From an uncultured Nannocystaceae bacterium (lineage in GTDB: Bacteria; Myxococcota_A; Bradymonadia; UBA7976; UBA1532), in the NCBI GenBank assembly GCA_964402225.1, contig CAYOBQ010000017.1, positions 10,349 through 74,348 on the forward strand: a DNA stretch of 64,000 nt, written 5' to 3'. Under the pieces are notes generated by a model that was not told the DNA's origin, ran no database searches, and saw only the letters and a list, made by a program, of their open reading frames with translations. The position numbers and the translations under genes are program-made. This document shows positions 43,503-53,000 of this stretch, in pieces; positions within the stretch are counted from its first letter, which is position 1, and every line of letters begins with the position of its first letter.

Positions 43503-45491
43503 CTAGAAGCGCAGCTCGCCGCGAGGCTCCGGGACCCGATCGGGGGGGCGCAGCGAGGTGAGGAGGGCGCGGCGCTCGCTGTCTGTGCCGTAGAGGGTCG
43601 CGTAGCGGACGATGTGGTCGGCGACCTTGCGTGCGTAGTTCCGCGTCTCGTGGGCGCCGATCTCCTCCACCATCTCGTCGAAGGAGAGGTCGCGGTGGCG
43701 CCGCAGGTGCTCGGCGACGCGGCGCGGCCCACCGTTGTAGGCGGCCACGGCCATCAAGAGGTTGCCCCGGAACTCGTGGCGGAGCGCGCCGAGGTACCAG
43801 GCGGCGTGGCGCAGAGCGACCCCGGGCGAGTACAGGCGGGACGGCAGGAAGTCGCCGGCGGGGAAGCCGATCCGCTCCGCGATACGCCGGCCGGTGCGCG
43901 GCAGCACCTGCATCGGCCCGAGCGCCCCGGCGTGGCTGCGGGCGCGGGCGCGGAAGCGGCTCTCCTGGAGCATGTGGGGCAGCAACCACCACGGTGAGAC
44001 CCCGTGCAGTGATCCCGCGGCGCGCGCCAGTTCGAGGTAGGGCGTCCGATACGCCGCCGAGACCTCGTCTTCGCTGCGCTCCGCGAGCGCGTGCTCCCAC
44101 GGCAAGCGGCGGGTTCTGAGCGGGAGCCGACGCCACTCCCGTCCGGCGGTCTCGTAGGGCGCTCGCGACAGCTCGGGGTAGCCGACCTCTGCCAGCGCCA
44201 GCGCTCGGCGTGGGTGGGGGGCGGGCCGAAGCTCCGGCCGGGGAATGTCCGCCGAGCCGCCGGCGAGGACCCGCCCGAGCAGGCCGTAGTAGCTCAGGGG
44301 CGCGCGGTCGAGGAGCGAGCCGAGGGTGCGGCGGGCCCGCGTGTCGTGGCTCTCCTTCGAGTGACAGCGCGCGGTCCAATACAGCGCCTTGGGGCCCACC
44401 AACAGGTTCGGATGGTCTGCCATCGGAGCCCACACGGCGCGAGCCGCGGGGCAGTCCCCGCCCCGGTAGTGCGCCCAGCCGAGGAACCAGCGATACATGT
44501 CCGGATCGCGCAGCTTCTTCGTCAAGAAGCGCTCGTGGGCGCGCACCGCCTCACGGTAGCGCCCCGCCTGGTGCAGGAGACGCCCGACCTGGTAGGCGGC
44601 CCGGGTCGTGTAGCGTCCGCGCACCGTCCGCATCACGGCCACCGCCTCGTCCCAGCGCTCGAGCTGCCCCAGCACCAGCCCCCGCCGGTAGCGCGCCCGG
44701 GAGGCGAGGGCCGCGTCGGGCCCGGTGGCGGCCTTCACCGTATGGTCGAGGGCTTCGCCGTAGCGCTCGCGGAGACGCATGCGCATCGTGGCCAGCCGCA
44801 GGTGCGCGCGTTGCTGGGCCTCGGAGGTGCCCCCGCGCAAGACGGTCTGAAAGGCCGGCTCGGCGAGGTCGTAGGCCCGGGCGATGAAGAGCGCTTCGGC
44901 GCGGCGCGCCGTCTCTTCGTCGGAGAGCTTGACCACCGGCGCGCGGCGCCCCTCCGGTGAGCCGCCGTGGTCGGTGCGAAGGCGCCGCAGCCAGCGGACG
45001 TCGGCGGTGAGCGCGTACAGGCGCTCGAGGGCCCGCGGCGCCACGAGCGGCTCGTCGAGCAGCGCCTCGAGGCCCGCCACGTCGCGGGCCAGATGTAGCC
45101 GCGCCTCGAGGTGGACGTCCGCCGGCAGATCCGCTGGGGGCAACAACCGCCGAGCCGCCTCGGGCGCCTCCGAGAGCTGGATCCGAAGCCAGTCGACGGC
45201 CACCGCGAGCTCGGGCGCGTCCACGGTGTCGAGCAAGGCCAGCGCGGCGGCCCCCCGTCCGAGCTGACGCTGCGCCCGAGCCCGGAGCATCGTCGCCGCT
45301 GGCGGCTCGCCGGGGAGGTGGTCGCCGAGGGCATCGAGGGCCCCCGCCGGATCACCGACCTGAACCTGCGCGGCGACGGAGAGCAAACTGAATAGCAGCA
45401 ATCCCACCACGACGAGGTGGCTCGCAGAGGGCCCCGCTGTCAAGCGCGCTTCGCGGGCCGAGTCAGCGTGAGTCGAAGGCGCGCGGCGCAC
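43503..45491 (-). CDS. TPR-containing soluble lytic transglycosylase (Slt70-like); true start may be ~90 nt inside
   Basis: QESRF (catalytic Glu), GALGPMQV, AYNGG, ETRNYARKV. Confidence 0.88.
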   Translation of the reverse strand: MRRAPSTHADSAREARLTAGPSASHLVVVGLLLFSLLSVAAQVQVGDPAGALDALGDHLPGEPPAATMLRARAQRQLGRGAAALALLDTVDAPELAVAVDWLRIQLSEAPEAARRLLPPADLPADVHLEARLHLARDVAGLEALLDEPLVAPRALERLYALTADVRWLRRLRTDHGGSPEGRRAPVVKLSDEETARRAEALFIARAYDLAEPAFQTVLRGGTSEAQQRAHLRLATMRMRLRERYGEALDHTVKAATGPDAALASRARYRRGLVLGQLERWDEAVAVMRTVRGRYTTRAAYQVGRLLHQAGRYREAVRAHERFLTKKLRDPDMYRWFLGWAHYRGGDCPAARAVWAPMADHPNLLVGPKALYWTARCHSKESHDTRARRTLGSLLDRAPLSYYGLLGRVLAGGSADIPRPELRPAPHPRRALALAEVGYPELSRAPYETAGREWRRLPLRTRRLPWEHALAERSEDEVSAAYRTPYLELARAAGSLHGVSPWWLLPHMLQESRFRARARSHAGALGPMQVLPRTGRRIAERIGFPAGDFLPSRLYSPGVALRHAAWYLGALRHEFRGNLLMAVAAYNGGPRRVAEHLRRHRDLSFDEMVEEIGAHETRNYARKVADHIVRYATLYGTDSERRALLTSLRPPDRVPEPRGELRF

Positions 45492-45544
45492 AGGCGGGGC
45501 TCAGGCGGGGAAGAGCCTCCGAGGCTCGGGGTGTTCTGGTCAGC

Positions 45545-46183
45545 ATGCCTTGGTGGTGGATCACGATGTCGCTCTTCGGCCTCTTCGCGCGACCGGTCTG
45601 CGAGCCGGGGCCGGAGGCCCTCCGCTTGCGCGCCACGCTGGTGGCATCGACCGGGCCATCCTCGATGGTGGTCGAGCCGGACGATGGGCTCCCGCGGGTG
45701 GTCGCCGAGGGCGGGCAGATTCGCGGCTATCGGGTGGAACGTATCGGGCGTGGGGGGGCGACCCTGGGCCGCGCGGGTCGCTGCTGGCGGTTGACGCGGC
45801 GCGCACGATCGTTGGTCGAGCGCGGTGTCGAGCGTCCGCGGCCCAAGGGGGTCGAGGTCGACGTGGGTCGGGGCGCCAAGGTCGATCGGGCGACGCTCGA
45901 CCGGCTGCTCGAAGATCCGAGCGCGCTTCGAAGGGACATCCGCGTTCGCTTTGTTCGGCGGGGCGACGATCGGTTCCTGATGGTCACGCGGGTGCGCCGA
46001 GACGGGATCTTCGGGCGCATCGGGCTGCGCCGTGGGGACCGGCTGGTGGGGATCGATGGGCGCCGGGTGGAGAGCCCCAACGACGCGCTGGCGGTGCTCT
46101 CGTCCTTCCTCGACACGGGGCGCGCGGAGGTGGTCGTGCGGCGGGGGCGCGCGGTGAAGGTCTTCGAGGCTCGCGTCGAGTGA
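45545..46183 (+). CDS. GspC-like protein with PDZ domain
   Basis: N-terminal hydrophobic segment, LRLRATLVA....S.VV, C-terminal GIFGRIGLRRGDRL..IDG...ESP.DAL (PDZ). No other T2SS genes nearby. Confidence 0.6.
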   Translation: MPWWWITMSLFGLFARPVCEPGPEALRLRATLVASTGPSSMVVEPDDGLPRVVAEGGQIRGYRVERIGRGGATLGRAGRCWRLTRRARSLVERGVERPRPKGVEVDVGRGAKVDRATLDRLLEDPSALRRDIRVRFVRRGDDRFLMVTRVRRDGIFGRIGLRRGDRLVGIDGRRVESPNDALAVLSSFLDTGRAEVVVRRGRAVKVFEARVE

Positions 46184-46184
46184 A

Positions 46185-46211
46185 TTGACCGCGGCGGCCT
46201 TGGGCGGTCAA
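46185..46211. other. Perfect 8-bp inverted repeat (hairpin or operator) between the GspC-like and radical SAM genes
   Basis: TTGACCGC-N11-GCGGTCAA. Confidence 0.5.
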
Positions 46212-46219
46212 CTCTCCCC

Positions 46220-47095
46220 ATGGACTATGTCGGCAAGATCTACCGGCCCCCGAGCGAGGCACGCAGCCTGCTGCTACAGGTCTCGGTGGGGTGCAGCCAC
46301 AACCGGTGCGCCTACTGCGACATGTATCGGGAGGTCTCGTTTCGAGTGAAGCCGTGGGCCGTGGTGGAGCGGGACCTGCACGAGGCGGCTCGGGCGGGCC
46401 CGGTCTTCGACAAGGTCTTCCTCTGCGATGGGGACGCGTTGGTGCTGCCCGATCGCCGGCTCCTGCAGATCCTCGCGGGGGTGCGCGAGCACTTGCCGTG
46501 GGTGAAGCGGGTGGGCGTCTACGGGGACACGCGCAGCGTGGGGCGGCGCAGCGTGGCGGAGCTCCGTGCGTTGCGGGACGCCGGGCTCGGCATCGTCTAC
46601 CACGGCGTCGAGAGCGGCGACGACGAGACGCTGGCGGCGATCGAGAAGGGGGGCACGCGGGCAGAGTGCGTCGAGACCGCCTCGAAGCTACGCGGGGCGG
46701 GGATCGTGCACTCGGTCATCGTGCTGTTGGGCATCGGCGGGGAGGCGCGCACTGAGGCGCATGCGCGGGAAACGGCGACCTTGCTGACGGAGATGGACCC
46801 CCAGTTCGTGGGGGCCCTGACGACGACGGTGGTGCCGGGGACGCGTCTGGCCGAAGCCCAGGGGCGGGGGGACTTCGTGCTCCCCGACCGGTTCCGGTTG
46901 TTGGAGGAGCTGCGGACGCTGGTGGACGTGGCGCGGCTCAGCGACTGCCGCTTCTCATCGAATCACGCGAGCAACTACCTGCCGCTGCGCTCGACGCTCC
47001 CGCGCGACCGGGAGCGCCTGCTGGTGATCCTCGACGAGGTCCTGGCCGCGCGGGACGAGGAGTCCCTCCGCCCCGAGTGGATGCGCGGGCTCTAG
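46220..47095 (+). CDS. Radical SAM protein
   Basis: IYRPPSEARSLLLQVSVGCSHNRCAYCDMY (CxxxCxxC), FLCDGDAL, GVESGDD, SNHASNYL. Confidence 0.92.
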   Translation: MDYVGKIYRPPSEARSLLLQVSVGCSHNRCAYCDMYREVSFRVKPWAVVERDLHEAARAGPVFDKVFLCDGDALVLPDRRLLQILAGVREHLPWVKRVGVYGDTRSVGRRSVAELRALRDAGLGIVYHGVESGDDETLAAIEKGGTRAECVETASKLRGAGIVHSVIVLLGIGGEARTEAHARETATLLTEMDPQFVGALTTTVVPGTRLAEAQGRGDFVLPDRFRLLEELRTLVDVARLSDCRFSSNHASNYLPLRSTLPRDRERLLVILDEVLAARDEESLRPEWMRGL

Positions 47096-47256
47096 GACGG
47101 TTCGGCAGACCAAGCGACCAAGTGATGTGCGTGCCCGCCGGCCGAGTTCAAGGCGCGAAGCCGTAGCGATATCCAAAGATATCGATAGGCTTCGCAACGC
47201 CGAAATCGGTTGGCGGGCGCGTGCAGCGCGCCGCGTCGCGACTCTGCCGCACCGTC

Positions 47257-47685
47257 CTAGCAGTCCGGGACTTCGCAGGTCGCCTCGATCTGGCAGGTGT
47301 TGGGGACCTCGCAGGTGGCGGCGATCTCGCACGTCTCGGGGACCCAGCACTCGAGGGGGATCTGGCACTCTCGGGGGAACTCGCACCGGAGGTTGCCGGT
47401 GAAGAGGCTGCCGACACAATCGAGGCCCCGCTGGAGGGCTGCCTGGAGGCCCGCCGGGCTGAGCACGGAGAGCAGCTCCGTCCCGCACTCCGCAGCGCTG
47501 ACCACCGTCTCCGATCCACAAGCCACCGCGTCCTCGACCCACTTCTGACCGCATTCGGCGGCGCTGGTGACGAGCTCGGTGCCACACTCCGCGGCGCTGG
47601 TGACCAGGTCGGCGCCGCACTGGGCGACGCTGGTCACGGTCTCGTAGCCGCACTGCGCCGCGCTGGTGACCCACTCGGTGCCGCA
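47257..47685 (-). repeat. Seven 11-aa CG repeats (33-nt period) and a terminal ~6-aa Cys-periodic tract
   Basis: CGTEWVTSAAQ/CGYETVTSVAQ/CGADLVTSAAE/CGTELVTSAAE/CGQKWVEDAVA/CGSETVVSAAE/CGTELL; CEFPRE-CQIPLE-CWVPET-CEIAAT-CEVPNT-CQIEAT-CEVPDC. Confidence 0.9.
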
Positions 47686-48597
47686 GGCGATGGTGGCGAG
47701 CAGCGTGGAGTGCGCCACGATGAGATCCACCGGCACGCCGAGGTTCATGCGGAGGGGGTTGTCACAGTGGCCCTGGACGTGGACCGCGTAGAGCCGCCCG
47801 TCGTTGCCGAGCACGCCGGAGCCGGAGCTGCCGGGCTCGGTGTCGATGTCGCGGTAGCCGAGGAAGCCGGGGAAGCTCCTGATCTGGCGCCCGGCGTCTA
47901 CCTGCTTGGGCTCACCGCTGGGGTGCTGGATGATCGCCGCGGCCCGCGGGGCGCCGCGGCCCAGGCGGGTCACGCCGAACCGGTCGCCGCGGCGCCGCTC
48001 GATGCGCAGGATCGCGTAGTCGAGGACGCCGGCCATCCGGGCGCCGTCCTCGACGACCTCCAGGACCCGGCGTCGGATCTCGCGACGCGGGTTGCCCGAG
48101 GGGTCGTTCTGGAAGTTGAAGACCACCACCCGCCGCCGGATGTTGCGGTCGATGCAGTGACTCGCCGTGAGGAACAGGTTCTGGTCGATGAGCGTGCCGC
48201 TGCAGAACTTGCTGGTGCTGCCGTCGCGGTTGGTGGCCGCCAGCGCCCCCACCGCCCGCTGCCGCGCGCCGACGAAGCCGTTGCTGAAGCCGAGGTTGGT
48301 GTAGCGCCCGTCGTATCGCTCGACGTGCTGCAAGTCGTCGCTGATCCCGCAGATGGCCTCGGCGCCGATGTCGAAGAGGAAGCCGGCGGGGTTCGCCAGC
48401 TTGCGGGCGAACTGCGCGTTGCCCTTGGGGATCGAGGAACGTCGGCGTGCGAGGCGGGCCCGGTCCGACTTCGAGTCCTCCGTCTCGTCGACGGTCGGGG
48501 CCTCACCGGTGAACTCGTTGTCGAGGTCTTCGATGTCGCCACAGGCGCTGAGCAGGCAGACGGCGAGCGCCGCCACGATGGTGTGGGTGGAACGCAT
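47257..48597 (-). CDS. Lipoprotein trypsin-like (S1/V8-type) serine protease with C-terminal Cys-periodic repeats
   Basis: GGAG RBS; lipobox LSAC; FLTASHC (His), DYAIL (Asp), DTEPGSSGS (Ser). Confidence 0.88.
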   Translation of the reverse strand: MRSTHTIVAALAVCLLSACGDIEDLDNEFTGEAPTVDETEDSKSDRARLARRRSSIPKGNAQFARKLANPAGFLFDIGAEAICGISDDLQHVERYDGRYTNLGFSNGFVGARQRAVGALAATNRDGSTSKFCSGTLIDQNLFLTASHCIDRNIRRRVVVFNFQNDPSGNPRREIRRRVLEVVEDGARMAGVLDYAILRIERRRGDRFGVTRLGRGAPRAAAIIQHPSGEPKQVDAGRQIRSFPGFLGYRDIDTEPGSSGSGVLGNDGRLYAVHVQGHCDNPLRMNLGVPVDLIVAHSTLLATIACGTEWVTSAAQCGYETVTSVAQCGADLVTSAAECGTELVTSAAECGQKWVEDAVACGSETVVSAAECGTELLSVLSPAGLQAALQRGLDCVGSLFTGNLRCEFPRECQIPLECWVPETCEIAATCEVPNTCQIEATCEVPDC

Positions 48598-48633
48598 GGT
48601 CTCTCTCCAGTGATTGGGTGCGCTGCTTTGGGA

Positions 48634-48650
48634 TTGCACCCGCCGTGCCA
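48634..48650 (-). promoter_or_regulatory. Sigma54 -24/-12 promoter upstream of the serine protease
   Basis: Minus strand TGGCAC-GGCGG-GTGCAA: GG and GC at exact consensus spacing, ~37 nt upstream of the ATG. Confidence 0.75.
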
Positions 48651-48735
48651 GCCGCCGGGCCCCAAACCACCGTTCGGGGCGTGTTCCATCCGTGTGCCAT
48701 CGAACGTTCGGCGCACCCGGGGTATCCTCCCGCGG

Positions 48736-50061
48736 GTGGACGTCACGCTCACGGAGAACACCGTCGACGGCGGCTTCGGCGAGGCCCGGCTGGATCTCGC
48801 CCTGACGGTGGTTGCCCACGCGGCGTCGGCAGCGCTGGGCACCCGTCGAGTCCTGGCGGATGGGGAGGGCGTCGAGCTCGGTCGCGGCGGCCTCGCCCTG
48901 GGCGCGGGCGTACTCGACGACGCCCGCCTCTCCCGCCAACACCTGGAGCTGGTCCGCGACGGGTGGTGCGTGCGCGCGCGGGATCTCGGCAGCCGCAACG
49001 GTACGACCGTCAACGGCGCCCCCGTGGGCACAGCGACGCTGGTGCCCGGCGACGTGTTGGGGGCCGGCGCCCTCCTGCTGCTCGTCCACCGCACGCGCCG
49101 GGCGTACCGGGTGCCCCACTCCCCGACCCTCGTCGGGGCCAGCGCCGAGCTGGCCGACGTGCTGCGCGAGGTCGAGCAGGTGGCGCCCCGCGACACGACG
49201 ACCCTGGTGCTGGGCGAGACGGGCGTGGGCAAGGAGCTGGTCGCCCGCGAGATCCATCGGCTGAGCGGTCGCTCCGGGCGCTTCGTCGCCCTCAACTGCG
49301 GCGCCGTCGGCAAGGGGCTGCTGCACAGCGAGCTCTTCGGTCACGCGCGCGGCGCCTTCTCCGGGGCGACCGATCGGCGCGCGGGGCTGGTCGCCGCGGC
49401 CGCGGGCGGGACCCTCTTCCTCGACGAGGTGGGCGACGCGCCCCCCGACTTCCAGGTCGCTCTGCTGCGCCTCCTCCAGGACCGTGAGTATCGCCCCGTC
49501 GGCGACGACGAGGTGCGCCGGACGGACGCGCGCTTCGTCGCGGCGACCCATCAGCCGCTCCACGCACAGGCCGAGGCGGGGCGCTTCCGCAAGGACCTCT
49601 GCGCGCGCCTGTCCCGGTGGGTCGTGCACGTCCCGGCCCTGCACGATCGCCGGGCCGACATCCCGCTGCTCCTCGACGCGTTCGCCCGCCGACATGCGGG
49701 CCGTCCGATGCGCCCGACACGCCCTCTGGTGCTGGCGCTTTTGCGTCACGATTGGCCCGGCAACGTGCGCGAGCTCGACGCGCTGGTGGAGCGCCTCTGT
49801 GTCGCGGCAGGCGACGGTGATCGGCTGGAGCTGGACCCCAAGGTCGCGGCCCTGCTCGAGCCCCGCCCGACACCGCACGCCGAGCCCGAGCCCGAGCGCC
49901 GCTACTTCTCCGGCGAGCGCCCCGATCCAGAGACGCTCCGGGCCCACCTCCGCGCGCACCGCGGCAACGTCAAGGCAACCGCCCTCGCCCTCGGGGTGGG
50001 TCGCAACACCCTCTACCGCTGGTTGCGCGAGGCCGGCGTCGACGTCGCGGACTACCGGTGA
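48736..50061 (+). CDS. FHA-domain sigma54-dependent enhancer-binding protein (Fis-type HTH)
   Basis: LSRQH...RDLGSRNGT.VNG (FHA); GETGVGKE, ELFGHARGAFSGA, LFLDEVG, WPGNVREL, GNV..TA..LGV.RNTLYR. Start codon approximate. Confidence 0.9.
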   Translation: MDVTLTENTVDGGFGEARLDLALTVVAHAASAALGTRRVLADGEGVELGRGGLALGAGVLDDARLSRQHLELVRDGWCVRARDLGSRNGTTVNGAPVGTATLVPGDVLGAGALLLLVHRTRRAYRVPHSPTLVGASAELADVLREVEQVAPRDTTTLVLGETGVGKELVAREIHRLSGRSGRFVALNCGAVGKGLLHSELFGHARGAFSGATDRRAGLVAAAAGGTLFLDEVGDAPPDFQVALLRLLQDREYRPVGDDEVRRTDARFVAATHQPLHAQAEAGRFRKDLCARLSRWVVHVPALHDRRADIPLLLDAFARRHAGRPMRPTRPLVLALLRHDWPGNVRELDALVERLCVAAGDGDRLELDPKVAALLEPRPTPHAEPEPERRYFSGERPDPETLRAHLRAHRGNVKATALALGVGRNTLYRWLREAGVDVADYR

Positions 50062-53000
50062 GGCTCGGCGGTTTCGAACTGCACGAGGCGGTCGGGCGGG
50101 GAGCGATGGGGATCGTCTGGCGCGGGGAGGGGGCCGGCCTGCCCGTGGCCGTGAAGGTGCTCACCGAGGCGCGCGCTCGGGATCCGGCCTACATCGCCGC
50201 CTTCACGCGCGAGATTCACGCCGTCGCCAGGCTGCGGCATCCGGGCGTGGTGACGGTCTATGACCACGGTGTCGTCCCACCCGATACGGGCGCGCTGGTC
50301 GCCGGCGCCCCGTACCTGGTGATGGAGCTGGCCCGAAGCTCGCTGGCCGCGGGGGCGCGCATCGCGACCTGGGGCGCGGTGCGCGACATCCTCGTGGACG
50401 TCCTCGGCGCCCTCGCCGCGGCCCACGCCCGGGGTCTCGTCCACCGCGATCTGAAGCCCGCCAACGTGCTGCTCTGCGGCGGCCGACTCAAGCTGTCCGA
50501 CTTCGGCCTCGCGTGTCCCGGCGGTCGTCGCGCGCCCTTCGCCCTCACCGGCGGCAGCCCCGGCTACATGGCGCCCGAGCAACTCCTCGGCGCGTGGCGG
50601 GACTTCGGCCCGTGGACGGATCTCTACGCCACGGGCTGCCTCGCCTGGTTCCTCTGCACCGGGGCGCGCCCCTTCGCCGATCGGGCCACCGCTCAGCTCG
50701 CCCACCTTCACCTCAACGAGGCGGTCCCGGCGCTGCGCCCCCGCATGCCCGTCCCCGCGGGCTTCACCGAGTGGGTCGCCACGCTGCTGCAGAAGGCGCC
50801 GACGGACCGCTTCGGCCACGCCGCCGACGCCACCGCCGCCCTGCTCGCCCTGGATGGAGAGCCGCTGACCGAGGTGGCGCTGACGGCGCCGGTGCCGATC
50901 AGCGCGACCGTCACGCTCGCCGACGACGCGCCGGACACCTTCGCCATGCCCACCACGCCCCGGGATGCGCCGGCTCCTCGCCCGGCGTGGCCCGCCGCCC
51001 CCGGACACCGGCCGCAGCCGACGATTCGTCTCCCGGCGAGCTGGCGCAGCGAACCGCCGGAGCCGCCACCACCGAACCTGGGCCTGGGCCTCTACGGCCT
51101 GCGCGAGACGCCCGTCGTCGGGCGCTCCCGTGAGCAGCGCGCGCTGTGGCAGGCCCTGCGCCGGGTCATCGACACGCGCCGGCCGGGGATGGTGGTCCTG
51201 CGTGGCCTGCCAGGCTTCGGGAAGTCTCGCCTCGCCGAGTGGTTGTGCCACCGGACCGCCGAGCTGGGCGCCGCCCGTTGGCTCGCCGTGCGCCACGACC
51301 CGCTGGGCGGCCCCGAGCACGGGCTGCGCCCCGCGATCGCCGCCGCCCTCCGGTGCGCCGACCTCTCGCGCGACGACATCGAGCGGCGGCTGGTCCATTG
51401 GCTGCGCCGCTTCGACGCCGTGGCCGAGGCCGACGCCGAGGCCCTCGCCGACTTCCTGGCCGACGCGTGGGACGGGTCCACTGGCGCCCGCGACGCGCTG
51501 CTATCACGGCTGCTGGCGCGGATGAGCGCCGACCGGCCGCTGGTGCTGTGGCTCGATGATCTCCAATGGGGCGCAGACGCGGCGGCCTTTGTCGGCGCGC
51601 TCCTGGCCGATCCGCTGGATCTCGCCCCGCGCGTCCTGGTCGTGGCCACCACCACCGGGGCCGCGCCTGAGAGTTCGGCGCCAGAGACTTCGTCGGTGCT
51701 CGATGTCGGCCCCCTGCCGCCGGAGTCGTGGCCGGTGCTCGTGCGGGAGCTGCTCGGGCTCGACGGAGAGCTCGCGCGCCGTGTCTGCGAGCGCACGGCG
51801 GGGCACCCGCTCTTCGCGACGCAGCTCGTCGGTGACTGGGTGCGCCGCGAGGTGCTGGTCCCGGGCGGTCGCGGCTACCGGTTGAAGCGAGGCGCGAGGG
51901 CGGACCTTCCCGATGACCTCCACGGCGTCTGGTCCGAGCGAGTCCTCGAGGTGCTGCGCGGGCTGCCATCAACGGCGCGGGCCGGCCTGGAGATCGCCGC
52001 GGCGCTCGGTCGCTCCGTGAGCGCCCGGGAGTGGGACGGCGCCTGCGACGAGCCCCCCGGCGCGCTGGTCGACCGCCTCGTGGGCTCGGGGCTGGCGGAC
52101 CGCACGCCAGAAGGCTGGGTCTTCACCCACGCGGTCCTGCGCGAGAGCGTGGAGCGCCTCGCCGATGAGGCGGGCCGCGCCGCCGGGCACCACCGCCGGT
52201 GCGCCGCGGTGGTCGACGATCCGGTCCGCCGCGGACGCCACCTGTTGCTCGCCGGGGACGGCGCCGCGGCGCTGGCGCCCCTCCTCGAGGGCGCGCGCGG
52301 CCGGGTGGCCGCCGGGGACTACGCCGGGGCCGGCGTCCTGCTCGACGAGCGAGAGGCGGCGGTGGACGCGAGCCAGACGCCGGGGGCGGCCCTCGACGGT
52401 TGGCTGCTCTACAGCCGGCTCCGCACCGCCACCGGCCAGCTCGCCGCCGCGGAGTCCTGGGCACGCCGCGCCGAGGCCGTCGCCACAGACGATCCGCAGC
52501 GCGCCCGCGCCCGGTATCGTCTCGGCAAGGTCGCCCAGGCGCGGGGTGACTTCGAGGTGGCCACCGCGCGGCTACGCGGCGCGCGGGCTCTCGGCGACAA
52601 GGCGCTCGGGGGGCACTGCGAGATCGATCTCGGGTGGGTCCACCTCGAGCAGGGCGAGTTGGCGGCGGCGGCGGCGTGCTTCGAGGCGGCGCTCCCGGTC
52701 TTCCACGACGAGCCGCGCACGGCGGCGCTCTGTCTCCGAAGCCTGGGCGTCGCCGAGCGTCGCGCGGGCCGACTCGAGGCCGCCGACGCCCACACCCAGC
52801 GGGCCCTCGCGCTGTACGGCGACGTCCGCGCGCGTGCCGGGGCCGCCGACTGCCTCAACTCGCTGGGGGAGATCGCCCGCGCCGCAGGCGACGCCGCCCG
52901 CGCCGAACGTCACTACCGCGCGGCGCTGGAACGACAACGCGCGCTGGGATCGAGCAACGCCGTCTACTGCGAGACGAACCTGGGTCTGGTGCTGCTCGGT

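Noticed and set aside
47485-47685. 33-nt periodic repeat resembling a CRISPR or VNTR locus
   Set aside because: Contiguous coding repeats without unique spacers; no cas genes in the window.
47221-50061. Apparent 946-aa activator and 900-aa protease ORFs overlapping head-to-head
   Set aside because: Each is an extension through the antisense of the other gene; RBS, lipobox and promoter support starts at 48597 (-) and about 48736 (+).
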